A stretch of 64,000 bases of DNA from Candidatus Cloacimonadales bacterium (GTDB lineage: Bacteria; Cloacimonadota; Cloacimonadia; Cloacimonadales; JAFGVF01), in contig OY762964.1 of NCBI GenBank assembly GCA_963667035.1, forward strand, positions 1,856,001-1,920,000. Direction: 5' to 3'. The translations under genes and the position numbers were made by a program. Each line of letters starts with the position of its first letter. The stretch's first letter is position 1. Of the stretch, positions 19,169 to 30,268 are shown in pieces. The notes beneath the pieces are model-generated. The model did no database searches and was not told the DNA's origin. It was given only the letters and a program-made list of their open reading frames with translations.

Positions 19169-22100
19169 ACACTATTTGATAATTTATCTCTTTGCTTTAG
19201 TATCGTCCCTAATCCCCTTTGAATTAGAAGCAGATGATTTCACGGTATTGTTTAACCATAATTCTATTACTGCCGGTACAAACTTCTTTGAGTTCAATCT
19301 TGGATTAAATATTAATCCAACATGTTATGCTTCACAAATAGAGATTAGTAATCCTTTTACAATATCTCAGAACAATTTTCCAATGTTTGTTTACCAGATT
19401 CTTATTGGAAGTAATTCAAAAGCAATTCTTCAGTCTGAAAATACCCCTTTAGATTCAACATATGTTACATGGTTTTACCACGAGGAGGAACAAAAGCTAA
19501 TTGTTAAGTTATTTGATAACACTTTTACAAGTTTTATATCAGTTAACTACATTCAGGATATACCTTGTTATGTATCAGAGTCTGAAGAGCTATATATAAA
19601 CATTATTGATAATGGAACTATTCTAAGACCTCAAAATTACGAAATTCCTATAGTGATATCACCATCATCATATCAAACTCTATTAATTGAGTCTTTCTAT
19701 TCAACAAATTATCGTGAAACTGAAGTGATTTATCTTACTTCAGGAGATGTAACTAATCTGTTTGCCATTAAGAGAGATGAATGGGGGAACTACATTGGGA
19801 AAAATGATAACTGTATTTGGAGTATTGAGCCACATATCGGAACTTTTATTTCATTTGAAGGAGGAGTTGAATTTGAAGGTTCATCCTTTGGATATGGGGA
19901 AATTTCCCTTGTTGACGATAATGACTTAACTCTATCTGATACCTGCCCTGTATTTATCGAAACAAACATACCATCACAACTCAATATTTTTGATTCATTT
20001 AATAACCAGATATTAGATACAACAAATCTATTATGCAGTGACTCACTTGCTGTGTATGTAGAAGTAACTGATACTTATGGTAATCAGATAACCGATGCAG
20101 ATATATCATGGAATATAGATCTAATCGGTGACTATCTCTCGTTCGAAAATGGCTATTCGAACGTATTTCATCCTGTGACAGAAACAACTTATACATTAAC
20201 AGTATCTGCCACTGCGAGCGAAACTACTATTGACAATAACCTTACAATAAGTACTTCAACAGGTATTCCTAATATACTTGCTCTTGAGAATGAAAACTTT
20301 AACTTAACCAATAATACCTATAATATTACGGTAGATGATACTTTTACTTTTGATTTTGTCATTAGAGATGACGATGGTAATCCTCATAACTATGAAGAAA
20401 TAACAGTTGAACCTCATTTCAGCTCTACAATTCCACCTATATTATCAGTAGTAGATAACACAGTTAGTTTAAGCATCGATGCAAATGCATCGGGTATAGG
20501 GACCGGTTATATCGAGATAGTAAAGACTTACCAAGGTATACAATATGAATTAAATACTCCTACAATTGTATTCGAAGAAGGTATACCTACTACGATAACA
20601 TTCTATGATACTTCAAGTAACCCAATCACAGAAGTTTCAGATTTATTGTGCAGTGACTCACTTGCTGTGTATGTAGAAGTAATTGATGCTTACGGTAATC
20701 AAATAAACAATGCAAATGTATCATGGAATATAGATTTAACCGGTGATTATCTCTCAATGGGCAATGGCTATTCGACGGTGTTCCATCCTGCGACAGAGAC
20801 AACATACACATTAACAGTATCTGCCACTGCGAGCGAAACTACTATTGATAGCACTCTTATCATTAATACAATAACCGGACTGCCAAATGCACTTGAACTC
20901 GAGAATGAAAACTTTAACTTAACCAATAATACCTATAATATTACGGTAGATGATACTTTTACTTTTGATTTTGTCATTAGAGATGACGATGGTAATCCTC
21001 ATAACTATGAAGAAATAACAGTTGAACCTCATTTCAGCTCTACAATTCCACCTATATTATCAGTAGTAGATAACACAGTTAGTTTAAGCATCGATGCAAA
21101 TGCATCGGGTATAGGGACCGGTTATATCGAGATAGTAAAGACTTACCAAGGTATACAATATGAATTAAATACTCCTACAATTGTATTCGAAGAAGGTATA
21201 CCTACTACGATAACATTCTATGATACTTCAAGTAACCCAATCACAGAAGTTTCAGATTTATTGTGCAGTGACTCACTTGCTGTGTATGTAGAAGTAATTG
21301 ATGCTTACGGTAATCAAATAAACAATGCAAATGTATCATGGAATATAGATTTAACCGGTGATTATCTCTCAATGGGCAATGGCTATTCGACGGTGTTCCA
21401 TCCTGCGACAGAGACAACATACACATTAACAGTATCTGCCACTGCGAGCGAAACTACTATTGACAATAACCTTACAATAAGTACTTCAACAGGTATTCCT
21501 AATATACTTGCTCTTGAGAATGAAAACTTTAACTTAACCAATAATACCTATAATATTACGGTAGATGATACTTTTACTTTTGATTTTGTCATTAGAGATG
21601 ACGATGGTAATCCTCATAACTATGAAGAAATAACAGTTGAACCTCATTTCAGCTCTACAATTCCACCTATATTATCAGTAGTAGATAACACAGTTAGTTT
21701 AAGCATCGATGCAAATGCATCGGGTATAGGGACCGGTTATATCGAGATAGTAAAGACTTACCAAGGTATACAATATGAATTAAATACTCCTACAATTGTA
21801 TTCGAAGAAGGTATACCTACTACGATAACATTCTATGATACTTCAAGTAACCCAATCACAGAAGTTTCAGATTTATTGTGCAGTGACTCACTTGCTGTGT
21901 ATGTAGAAGTAATTGATGCTTACGGTAATCAAATAAACAATGCAAATGTATCATGGAATATAGATTTAACCGGTGACTATCTCTCTATGGGTAATGGCTA
22001 TTCGAACGTATTTCATCCTGTGACAGAAACAACTTATACATTAACAGTATCTGCCACTGCGAGCGAAACTACTATTGATAGCACTCTTATCATTAATACA

Positions 22101-25100
22101 ATAACCGGACTGCCAAATGCACTTGAACTCGAGAATGAAAACTTTAACTTAACCAATAATACCTATAATATTACGGTAGATGATACTTTTACTTTTGATT
22201 TTGTCATTAGAGATGACGATGGTAATCCTCATAACTATGAAGAAATAACAGTTGAACCTCATTTCAGCTCTACAATTCCACCTATATTATCAGTAGTAGA
22301 TAACACAGTTAGTTTAAGCATCGATGCAAATGCATCGGGTATAGGGACCGGTTATATCGAGATAGTAAAGACTTACCAAGGTATACAATATGAATTAAAT
22401 ACTCCTACAATTGTATTCGAAGAAGGTATACCTACTACGATAACATTCTATGATACTTCAAGTAACCCAATCACAGAAGTTTCAGATTTATTGTGCAGTG
22501 ACTCACTTGCTGTGTATGTAGAAGTAATTGATGCTTACGGTAATCAAATAAACAATGCAAATGTATCATGGAATATAGATTTAACCGGTGATTATCTCTC
22601 AATGGGCAATGGCTATTCGACGGTGTTCCATCCTGCGACAGAGACAACATACACATTAACAGTATCTGCCACTGCGAGCGAAACTACTATTGACAATAAC
22701 CTTACAATAAGTACTTCAACAGGTATTCCTAATATACTTGCTCTTGAGAATGAAAACTTTAACTTAACCAATAATACCTATAATATTACGGTAGATGATA
22801 CTTTTACTTTTGATTTTGTCATTAGAGATGACGATGGTAATCCTCATAACTATGAAGAAATAACAGTTGAACCTCATTTCAGCTCTACAATTCCACCTAT
22901 ATTATCAGTAGTAGATAACACAGTTAGTTTAAGCATCGATGCAAATGCATCGGGTATAGGGACCGGTTATATCGAGATAGTAAAGACTTACCAAGGTATA
23001 CAATATGAATTAAATACTCCTACAATTGTATTCGAAGAAGGTATACCTACTACGATAACATTCTATGATACTTCAAGTAACCCAATCACAGAAGTTTCAG
23101 ATTTATTGTGCAGTGACTCACTTGCTGTGTATGTAGAAGTAATTGATGCTTACGGTAATCAAATAAACAATGCAAATGTATCATGGAATATAGATTTAAC
23201 CGGTGATTATCTCTCAATGGGCAATGGCTATTCGACGGTGCTCCATCCTGCGACAGAGACAACATACACATTAACAGTATCTGCCACTGCAAGCGAAACT
23301 ACTATTGATAGCACTCTTATCATTAATACAATAACCGGACTGCCAAATGCACTTGAACTCGAGAATGAAAACTTTAACTTAACCAATAATACCTATAATA
23401 TTACGGTAGATGATACTTTTACTTTTGATTTTGTCATTAGAGATGACGATGGTAATCCGCATAATTATGAAGAAATAACAGTTGAACCTCATTTCAGCTC
23501 TACAATTCCACCTATATTATCAGTAGTAGATAACACAGTTAGTTTAAGCATCGATGCAAATGCATCGGGTATAGGGACCGGTTATATCGAGATAGTAAAG
23601 ACTTACCAAGGTATACAATATGAATTAAATACTCCTACAATTGTGTTAGATGTTGGAACTCCAAGATTCCTATATATCAAGGATGCTCCTTTTCCAATAG
23701 AAGGTAATGATATTAGCTTGTCAGATGTAACTGTTGGCTCATCAGTAGATATGTATGCAATATGTGAAGACCAGCACTACAATAATATTGAGCTAGAACC
23801 TAATGCTTTAAACTGGATTATCTCCCCATTAGAACTAGAAAATAGTATAGAAGTTAATGGTATTTTCGCTACATTTCGTCCAACAACAGCTAGTTCAGAA
23901 GTTACAATAACCGTGAGTTATGTAGATTTTGAAATAAAACATTCAATAGGTCCTTTTAGTATATTTGATAGACCTAACCTTTCATACGTCGATTCAACTT
24001 TGACTCCATTAATTATTAGTCCCGGGGAGGAGATTTGCTTTTCTTTAAACATACGGAATCAAAATCGAGCATGTACAAGTATAGAGTTAAGTACTCAATC
24101 ATACCTTAGTCTTTTTGATTCTCAAACTGGTTCGGAATGCATAAGTCATCTTGAGCAAGAAGTTTCTATAAATGATTCTTCAATTAGTTTGTTAGAGTTT
24201 GAAAAATTAGAAATACCGAATGATTTTACTGCTGAGACATATCCAATCGAGTTACATCTGGATGGCACCTTTTCATGTTTAAATAGTGATGAATTAGGTG
24301 AATACTCTGAAACAATTATTATTGAAAATAATCAAGTCTGCATTTCTAATGTAGTTATAGAAACTGTATCTTCAGTAAATAGTGTTGTCTACCCTGGTGA
24401 TAAAGATACTGTTTTTGTCCAGTTTTCAAACTTTGGTACTCTTGATGTTTCAGTAACAGAGGTTCAGTTAACTTTTAATGGAACAGCAAATAATGATCAT
24501 AATTATGATACAGTTATTGAAAGTTTTTCTCTACCACCAAACTCGTCTAGAACAGAGGAATTCGAAGTTACAGTTAACAACAATGCATCGTTAGGTAATG
24601 TTGTATTGGATGCAAACTTTACAGCTATAAATCAGATTGGAAACCCATATCATGTATCCGATGCTCTATCTACAGATTCATGGGATATAGTAACACCACC
24701 TAATATAGAATATTGTCAATCATCATTGCATGTTAATGGTACTTCATTTGATGGAGAACTACATGTTACTCAAGGACAGAATACAGAATTTTCGTTTAAT
24801 CTACAGAACACTGGAAGTGTTGGAGTGAAACTAATTAGAGACTCAACATATATTGAATATATACATATTGATGGTACAGTTGTAAAAAGTTTAATGACTC
24901 AAGATAGCCTTTTAGTAAATCCTAATGACTCAAGTGCTATTGAATTTTGCTCTATAGAATCTTACTTTCCAAATTTAGGATTAGACACTTTACACTTTAC
25001 TTGTATGGGCATTGATAATAATGCATACAAGTATTCGACAAGTTTTTACATACCGGATCTTTTAACAGTAGTTGATTCATTTTCTCCAATAGTTGAGCAG

Positions 25101-27131
25101 AATAATATCGAGATTGTAAAAACATATCCTGTTAATCCCGAAATCCAATTGTCAAATATTGGAGGAGTTTTAGGAATTTTGTCTGAATCAAATACAAGTT
25201 TAACAATATCTGCTGTAAACTATGAAGAGGAATTAGGTAAACCAATATCAATAGGTATAGATAGTGAAGTAATGCTTATATTTGAGGAGTTTACATTTCC
25301 TGCTGATACTTCACCTCAGGTTGATTTTGTCCTTAATATTGAGGGTGTAGATTCTAACAATGCTTCATTTGCTCATCAGCTCCCAGGAACTTGTAATTTA
25401 AAAAATCCGGTTAGCTTTCAACTACTTTCCTACTCTCCTCATCAAGCAGTTTTAAATGATCAAGCAAGTTTTTCTGTTACAGTTAAAAACAATGGGGGTG
25501 TTTATTTTGACCCAACCGGACAAACCAAAATAAGTTTTATTAAAGATTCAATTAATTTGTTTACTTCTCTGGCTGAAATCGAGACAAGAGTATTATCAGG
25601 AGAAACATCTGAAATAACATTTTTCTCGGAAGAGATTGTTGCTGATATTGATCCAGGAATGGGAGTTTTTGAAGTAGAAATTATAGGCGTAGATTCACAC
25701 AATAATCCAGTTTATGAAACGGTTTCTTTACAAGTTGATATAGAGAATCGAGGATACCCACAAATTGAGTCTGTGTGGTTTATTGATGGAGGTCTAAATG
25801 AAACACCTAATGGTATTGTAGATTCTACTGATGCTTTAAAAGTTTGTTTTGATGATAAGCCGATAATTTCGAATGGCATTAGAGAAAGCTATTCGTTCTT
25901 CCAATTGATTGGTAGAAATGACAGTTTCGGAGAAATCAACACCTCTAAAATTGTAACTAGTGAGGAAATGTATTATACAGGTATAGATAAAGATAGTACT
26001 TTATTTGTACAACTTGCTCAAGATTGCAAGATTAGTCTTCCATATCAAGATAACCATTTTGATGCAGAGATAACACCTTCTTACTTAATCATCAAACCTG
26101 ATATTGAAAGAGATTTATTATGTGATGTAAACAAAGGGGATGCAGGTTTTGAATGTAATAGAACATTACTATCAGACCAACTTAATGAGATTTCTCAACA
26201 CATACCTGGTATTAACATCTGCTCCCATGAAGTAAGAATTCAAGATAATATACCACCATTGTTGTTAAATCCCTATCCAATCGGCAATGCTATGAATGAT
26301 AATTATTACTCTAAATACAGTGATGTATCTATCATGGCATCCGGAAGAAACTATGTTGATTCAAATGTTTTAAGACAAGAACTTATTCAATATTTTACGG
26401 ATTTAGAAGTTGATTCTATGATAAGCAATTATGATACTCTGTATGTAAAACTACAAAGTCTGACAGATGATGATATCAACTTTATTGCGAATAAATTCAA
26501 AAATCACATACCTTCATCAATTGACTTGAATCTTGATAATCTAATTGTGAATCCTTTTGCTCAAATGTATTCTGGATTAAAAGAAGAGTTTATCTCAGTA
26601 GAGTTAACTAACGAGTTTTCAAATTACAATAACTTGACAACAAACTATAATGAAATTGAAGATAAAATATATAATAATTTAACAGTAAAGAGTCAAAATA
26701 CCTTTGATGGCGAGATAACAGCAAAGCTGCAAGTATCAGATCACTATAATCAAACCTATAGTGATACAACCTTCCAATTCATTGTTAGTAAACCAGGAAG
26801 AGATTATATCACTTATGGAAATCAAGAGTATCTTCTTAGGACTGCTCCAAACCCTATTAATTTAAATAGGGATAAAGAGATTTATTTAGAATATATACTA
26901 CCAAACATAGCAGATCACATTGCAATTATAATAGTAGATTCAGGTGGTAACATCGTAAAAAAAATATCTTACACTAATGCGATGGACACAAATACAGGTA
27001 AACATCTTAAGCAAAATTTCTGGAATCTACGTAATGGTAGAGGTGATAGAATATCCAAGGGAATTTACTTAATCTTACTAGAAGTAGATGGTGATGTTAA
27101 AGCCGGATGGCATATTGTCGGAGATAAATAA
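19152..27131 (+). CDS. Giant repetitive Ig-like surface protein with FlgD/T9SS-like CTD
   Basis: Signal peptide; acidic, T/N/S-rich beta sequence; about six 205-aa repeats; C-terminal TAPNP...IVDSGGNIVK...WNLRNGRGDRISKGIYL. Confidence 0.8.
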   Translation: MKSNIKHYLIIYLFALVSSLIPFELEADDFTVLFNHNSITAGTNFFEFNLGLNINPTCYASQIEISNPFTISQNNFPMFVYQILIGSNSKAILQSENTPLDSTYVTWFYHEEEQKLIVKLFDNTFTSFISVNYIQDIPCYVSESEELYINIIDNGTILRPQNYEIPIVISPSSYQTLLIESFYSTNYRETEVIYLTSGDVTNLFAIKRDEWGNYIGKNDNCIWSIEPHIGTFISFEGGVEFEGSSFGYGEISLVDDNDLTLSDTCPVFIETNIPSQLNIFDSFNNQILDTTNLLCSDSLAVYVEVTDTYGNQITDADISWNIDLIGDYLSFENGYSNVFHPVTETTYTLTVSATASETTIDNNLTISTSTGIPNILALENENFNLTNNTYNITVDDTFTFDFVIRDDDGNPHNYEEITVEPHFSSTIPPILSVVDNTVSLSIDANASGIGTGYIEIVKTYQGIQYELNTPTIVFEEGIPTTITFYDTSSNPITEVSDLLCSDSLAVYVEVIDAYGNQINNANVSWNIDLTGDYLSMGNGYSTVFHPATETTYTLTVSATASETTIDSTLIINTITGLPNALELENENFNLTNNTYNITVDDTFTFDFVIRDDDGNPHNYEEITVEPHFSSTIPPILSVVDNTVSLSIDANASGIGTGYIEIVKTYQGIQYELNTPTIVFEEGIPTTITFYDTSSNPITEVSDLLCSDSLAVYVEVIDAYGNQINNANVSWNIDLTGDYLSMGNGYSTVFHPATETTYTLTVSATASETTIDNNLTISTSTGIPNILALENENFNLTNNTYNITVDDTFTFDFVIRDDDGNPHNYEEITVEPHFSSTIPPILSVVDNTVSLSIDANASGIGTGYIEIVKTYQGIQYELNTPTIVFEEGIPTTITFYDTSSNPITEVSDLLCSDSLAVYVEVIDAYGNQINNANVSWNIDLTGDYLSMGNGYSNVFHPVTETTYTLTVSATASETTIDSTLIINTITGLPNALELENENFNLTNNTYNITVDDTFTFDFVIRDDDGNPHNYEEITVEPHFSSTIPPILSVVDNTVSLSIDANASGIGTGYIEIVKTYQGIQYELNTPTIVFEEGIPTTITFYDTSSNPITEVSDLLCSDSLAVYVEVIDAYGNQINNANVSWNIDLTGDYLSMGNGYSTVFHPATETTYTLTVSATASETTIDNNLTISTSTGIPNILALENENFNLTNNTYNITVDDTFTFDFVIRDDDGNPHNYEEITVEPHFSSTIPPILSVVDNTVSLSIDANASGIGTGYIEIVKTYQGIQYELNTPTIVFEEGIPTTITFYDTSSNPITEVSDLLCSDSLAVYVEVIDAYGNQINNANVSWNIDLTGDYLSMGNGYSTVLHPATETTYTLTVSATASETTIDSTLIINTITGLPNALELENENFNLTNNTYNITVDDTFTFDFVIRDDDGNPHNYEEITVEPHFSSTIPPILSVVDNTVSLSIDANASGIGTGYIEIVKTYQGIQYELNTPTIVLDVGTPRFLYIKDAPFPIEGNDISLSDVTVGSSVDMYAICEDQHYNNIELEPNALNWIISPLELENSIEVNGIFATFRPTTASSEVTITVSYVDFEIKHSIGPFSIFDRPNLSYVDSTLTPLIISPGEEICFSLNIRNQNRACTSIELSTQSYLSLFDSQTGSECISHLEQEVSINDSSISLLEFEKLEIPNDFTAETYPIELHLDGTFSCLNSDELGEYSETIIIENNQVCISNVVIETVSSVNSVVYPGDKDTVFVQFSNFGTLDVSVTEVQLTFNGTANNDHNYDTVIESFSLPPNSSRTEEFEVTVNNNASLGNVVLDANFTAINQIGNPYHVSDALSTDSWDIVTPPNIEYCQSSLHVNGTSFDGELHVTQGQNTEFSFNLQNTGSVGVKLIRDSTYIEYIHIDGTVVKSLMTQDSLLVNPNDSSAIEFCSIESYFPNLGLDTLHFTCMGIDNNAYKYSTSFYIPDLLTVVDSFSPIVEQNNIEIVKTYPVNPEIQLSNIGGVLGILSESNTSLTISAVNYEEELGKPISIGIDSEVMLIFEEFTFPADTSPQVDFVLNIEGVDSNNASFAHQLPGTCNLKNPVSFQLLSYSPHQAVLNDQASFSVTVKNNGGVYFDPTGQTKISFIKDSINLFTSLAEIETRVLSGETSEITFFSEEIVADIDPGMGVFEVEIIGVDSHNNPVYETVSLQVDIENRGYPQIESVWFIDGGLNETPNGIVDSTDALKVCFDDKPIISNGIRESYSFFQLIGRNDSFGEINTSKIVTSEEMYYTGIDKDSTLFVQLAQDCKISLPYQDNHFDAEITPSYLIIKPDIERDLLCDVNKGDAGFECNRTLLSDQLNEISQHIPGINICSHEVRIQDNIPPLLLNPYPIGNAMNDNYYSKYSDVSIMASGRNYVDSNVLRQELIQYFTDLEVDSMISNYDTLYVKLQSLTDDDINFIANKFKNHIPSSIDLNLDNLIVNPFAQMYSGLKEEFISVELTNEFSNYNNLTTNYNEIEDKIYNNLTVKSQNTFDGEITAKLQVSDHYNQTYSDTTFQFIVSKPGRDYITYGNQEYLLRTAPNPINLNRDKEIYLEYILPNIADHIAIIIVDSGGNIVKKISYTNAMDTNTGKHLKQNFWNLRNGRGDRISKGIYLILLEVDGDVKAGWHIVGDK
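20030..23644 (+). repeat. Intragenic tandem repeat, 615-bp period, ~5.9 near-identical copies
   Basis: Anchor TGCAGTGACTCAC at 20034, 20649, 21264, 21879, 22494 and 23109. Confidence 0.97.
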
Positions 27132-28114
27132 TGAAGAAATATATCTTAATTGCTACTAACTTACTGCTTGCAGTATTCATATACTGTGGTTCATATTATG
27201 GTGGAGGAGTTAATGCTTGGTTTTCTAATCCAGGAACTGCTAGAGAAATTGGTATGGGAATGACTGGAGTGTCTAATGCTAAAGGAGCTTCTTCTTTTCT
27301 ATGGAATCCTGCGAGATTAGATTCTCTAGATTTGGCAATAACGATAAGCGATTTCGCGAATTCGGAAGACTTATTCTGGTCACAACAGAAGAGTAATGAG
27401 ACTTATTCAGGGCATTTATCTACAGTATATAGAGATTGGGGATTTAATCTTAGATATAAGCAAATCAATCATATCGGATATACCAATTATGATCCATTAA
27501 CAAGTACTATTATTGTTGATAGATGGGAAAATAGTTATGATTGGTCAGCTAATATAAACTACTCTCACAGTTTCAATAGTTCGATAGCTGTAGGTTGCAA
27601 TTTAAGATCATCGTATAATGAAATTTTTGAGAGTAGCTATACCATTGGAAGTGATGTTGGCGGATTAGTACGTTTCCCATATTCCTTTTCAGCTAAAGAT
27701 ATTTATAGATTCCAATACGGAATTGTTCTATCATTAGACTCCGAAATAGGTAACGAAAATCCTGTGTATCAATACAGTCTTGCAAGCGGATTATCTTATA
27801 TAATAAGTGATAATTGGAGCGTTTCAACTGACTTTAAAACAGGTAATTACCAATCGAACTCTATAAGTCTTGGAAGTGAGTATTCTTTGTGGGATCAATT
27901 ATATCTTAGGATAGGTTTAAGTAATTATTTTAGTAGTAAATTTCCGAATGAAGTTCTAAGAACTCCAACAAAACCTTTTGAAGGTTCCACTTATGGAATT
28001 GGTTTCAAAATAAAGAAATTTATGCTTGATGTTTCTCATGTAGTACAAAGCTCAAATTATTATTATTATTATACACAATCAACGACATTTTTATCATTTA
28101 GTTATAGTCGTTAA
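27131..28114 (+). CDS. PorV/PorQ(UPF0164)-like outer-membrane beta-barrel
   Basis: Plug motif GTAREIGMG...SFLWNPA; DVGGL, LGSEY...LYLRIG and GIGFK; aromatic C-terminal strand. Confidence 0.75.
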   Translation: MKKYILIATNLLLAVFIYCGSYYGGGVNAWFSNPGTAREIGMGMTGVSNAKGASSFLWNPARLDSLDLAITISDFANSEDLFWSQQKSNETYSGHLSTVYRDWGFNLRYKQINHIGYTNYDPLTSTIIVDRWENSYDWSANINYSHSFNSSIAVGCNLRSSYNEIFESSYTIGSDVGGLVRFPYSFSAKDIYRFQYGIVLSLDSEIGNENPVYQYSLASGLSYIISDNWSVSTDFKTGNYQSNSISLGSEYSLWDQLYLRIGLSNYFSSKFPNEVLRTPTKPFEGSTYGIGFKIKKFMLDVSHVVQSSNYYYYYTQSTTFLSFSYSR

Positions 28115-30268
28115 ATGGAGGGAAAATATATAATGGTTACATTAGCAACTAATTCCAAACATTCTTTTTGGATAAAAATCAGGATTATCTTTGCTTTCTT
28201 TATTTCACTTGGTGCTATTATGGTTGCCTTGTGTTTCACCATAAATGGTCTAAAAAAGCATCAAGAGAATATAACAACTATAATGATGAGTTCAGATTAT
28301 CTCTCTGCTGCAGTCGATTATTTGCAGAAAACATCTGAGTATTATAATGGTGAAACTAATGAAGAATTTTTGAGCAAAATTGATAAAGAACTTATTAACT
28401 CTAACCAGAACACACGAAGTTTTTTTAGAGCTTTGATCGAAAGAGATTCAACTATCGTAAGTTCATTAGTAGATAAATTTGAGTTAAACTCAAAGATTTA
28501 TCATATAGATGAGCAGTTTTATCAATTTTTTGATCATATTATGTACTTGGTTTATAATGAAGATCCATTAATTTATGAACTTAAATTTCATAGGTTACAT
28601 AAAGAATTGATAATAGTTGCAGAAGATAAGACATCGTTGGAAGTAGAGAAAGATAATAAGAACTACCATTCTATAATTAAAATGCTAAATAGAAGAAGAA
28701 AACGTTTGTTTCTAAACATACTATTGGAGATTTATCATTACTCTTCAATAGATATCGACAGCATAATTCTAGATGAAATCTCGAATATGAATGACGTCAA
28801 AGAAGATATACCATTATATTCTATTTACAGCGGACTTATACGACACGACAAGAACAAGAACAATGAATTCACGCAGATGTTGTTTGAATCCACAAGAAAA
28901 GACCCGACATTAACTAATCAATTAGTCAATTTAAATCTTAGGATTTATAATCGAATAGATAGTTTAACAACAAAGTTTAAAATTGATGAGAGTGAGGATG
29001 AGTATTATAAAAAATATATCGATAGTGCTAGAGATTATTTATATTACTTAGGAATTACATATAATGATCGTATCGCAAATATTGATGAAACAATTTGCAA
29101 TGTTCAGTGTAGGAATTCCTATCAGTATAAGCTAACTGATTGGCTAACATTTTCAATATATATTACTATGGGGATAGTTATTTGTATCTTTTGTATACTT
29201 TCATTAAGATATCATAAGCAGTATAACTTAGATGATGAGTTAACGAAAACAATTTGTACTGATAACCAAGAGTTAAGCGAATTAATGCTGAGTAAATTAG
29301 ATCCTCTGAGTTTATCCAAAAAAAATAATGGGATTAAAATGTATTTACTAAATGTGTTAAAACTTAAAAATGATAACATATACATTCCGAAAGTGCTACA
29401 TGAAGAATATTTAAATGAGTATTATCTGCAAGAAGAGTATGAGAAAGAGAAAATTAGAAATACTTTTGTGTGGCTTATTAGATTGGGTATTATTGGTACA
29501 CTTTTAGGTATATACTTGGCATTTAGTGAAATGCAAAATGGAATGTCTGCAGAAACTGAAGGTGTACATTTTCTTGATACTTTAGTGAAAGCTGTTGGAG
29601 GAAATGCTGTAGCTGTTATTACTAGTTTAGTAGCTCATTTCGTTACATTTTTTTTTGAAGCATCAGTTTGCTTTAAACTGTTTGAATTATCTTCAACAGC
29701 TATGATTAGAGAAATTTACAAACAGTTAATGGATAAAAGTACATTAGAAGATCCATTTAGTGATGCGAGAGAAGATCTCAATAGAATTGTTATAGAATTT
29801 AAATTTTGGTTTGAGATGATTAAGAAATCGAAACTTGAAGAAAAGATTGTTGAGACGACAAATACAATAACAATCTGCAATAATTGTCTAAAATTATTTT
29901 ATTCTAAACTTAGAATAACGATTGAAGAGTCTGATTATATGCACTATTATATAAATAGCCTGATTCAAGTATTAGAAAGTGTTCGAAATGATTTAAGAAA
30001 CATTGATATGATAAGCATTAGCGAAATTTTGGATACATCACTAGAACTAAATGATGCTTTTGAATCAGAACTATTTCTTGTAGAAACTATCAAAGAGAGT
30101 AAAAATATAATCATAGACTCCATTTCATCACTTAGTAAATTTAATCAAACATTGAAAGATTTTGACAGTTCACAAATTGATAAGATTAGTTTGGTCATGA
30201 CTGACATTAGTAAAGCTATCATCAATTTGAAAATTTCGCTTGGAGTAAAAAATGATAACAAAGATTAA
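28115..30268 (+). CDS. MotA/TolQ/ExbB (ZorA-like) proton-channel protein with extra periplasmic domain and long helical tail
   Basis: Four hydrophobic segments. LGIIGTLLGI and GGNAVAVITSL match the MotA/TolQ/ExbB TM signatures. Confidence 0.65.
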   Translation: MEGKYIMVTLATNSKHSFWIKIRIIFAFFISLGAIMVALCFTINGLKKHQENITTIMMSSDYLSAAVDYLQKTSEYYNGETNEEFLSKIDKELINSNQNTRSFFRALIERDSTIVSSLVDKFELNSKIYHIDEQFYQFFDHIMYLVYNEDPLIYELKFHRLHKELIIVAEDKTSLEVEKDNKNYHSIIKMLNRRRKRLFLNILLEIYHYSSIDIDSIILDEISNMNDVKEDIPLYSIYSGLIRHDKNKNNEFTQMLFESTRKDPTLTNQLVNLNLRIYNRIDSLTTKFKIDESEDEYYKKYIDSARDYLYYLGITYNDRIANIDETICNVQCRNSYQYKLTDWLTFSIYITMGIVICIFCILSLRYHKQYNLDDELTKTICTDNQELSELMLSKLDPLSLSKKNNGIKMYLLNVLKLKNDNIYIPKVLHEEYLNEYYLQEEYEKEKIRNTFVWLIRLGIIGTLLGIYLAFSEMQNGMSAETEGVHFLDTLVKAVGGNAVAVITSLVAHFVTFFFEASVCFKLFELSSTAMIREIYKQLMDKSTLEDPFSDAREDLNRIVIEFKFWFEMIKKSKLEEKIVETTNTITICNNCLKLFYSKLRITIEESDYMHYYINSLIQVLESVRNDLRNIDMISISEILDTSLELNDAFESELFLVETIKESKNIIIDSISSLSKFNQTLKDFDSSQIDKISLVMTDISKAIINLKISLGVKNDNKD

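Noticed and set aside
19999..23292. Repeated 61-68 aa minus-strand ORFs
   Set aside because: Antisense shadows of the 615-bp coding repeat.
20030..23644. Repeat array as a CRISPR or DGR template/variable pair
   Set aside because: Units are in-frame 205-aa coding repeats without spacers; differences are not adenine-specific; no reverse transcriptase is present.
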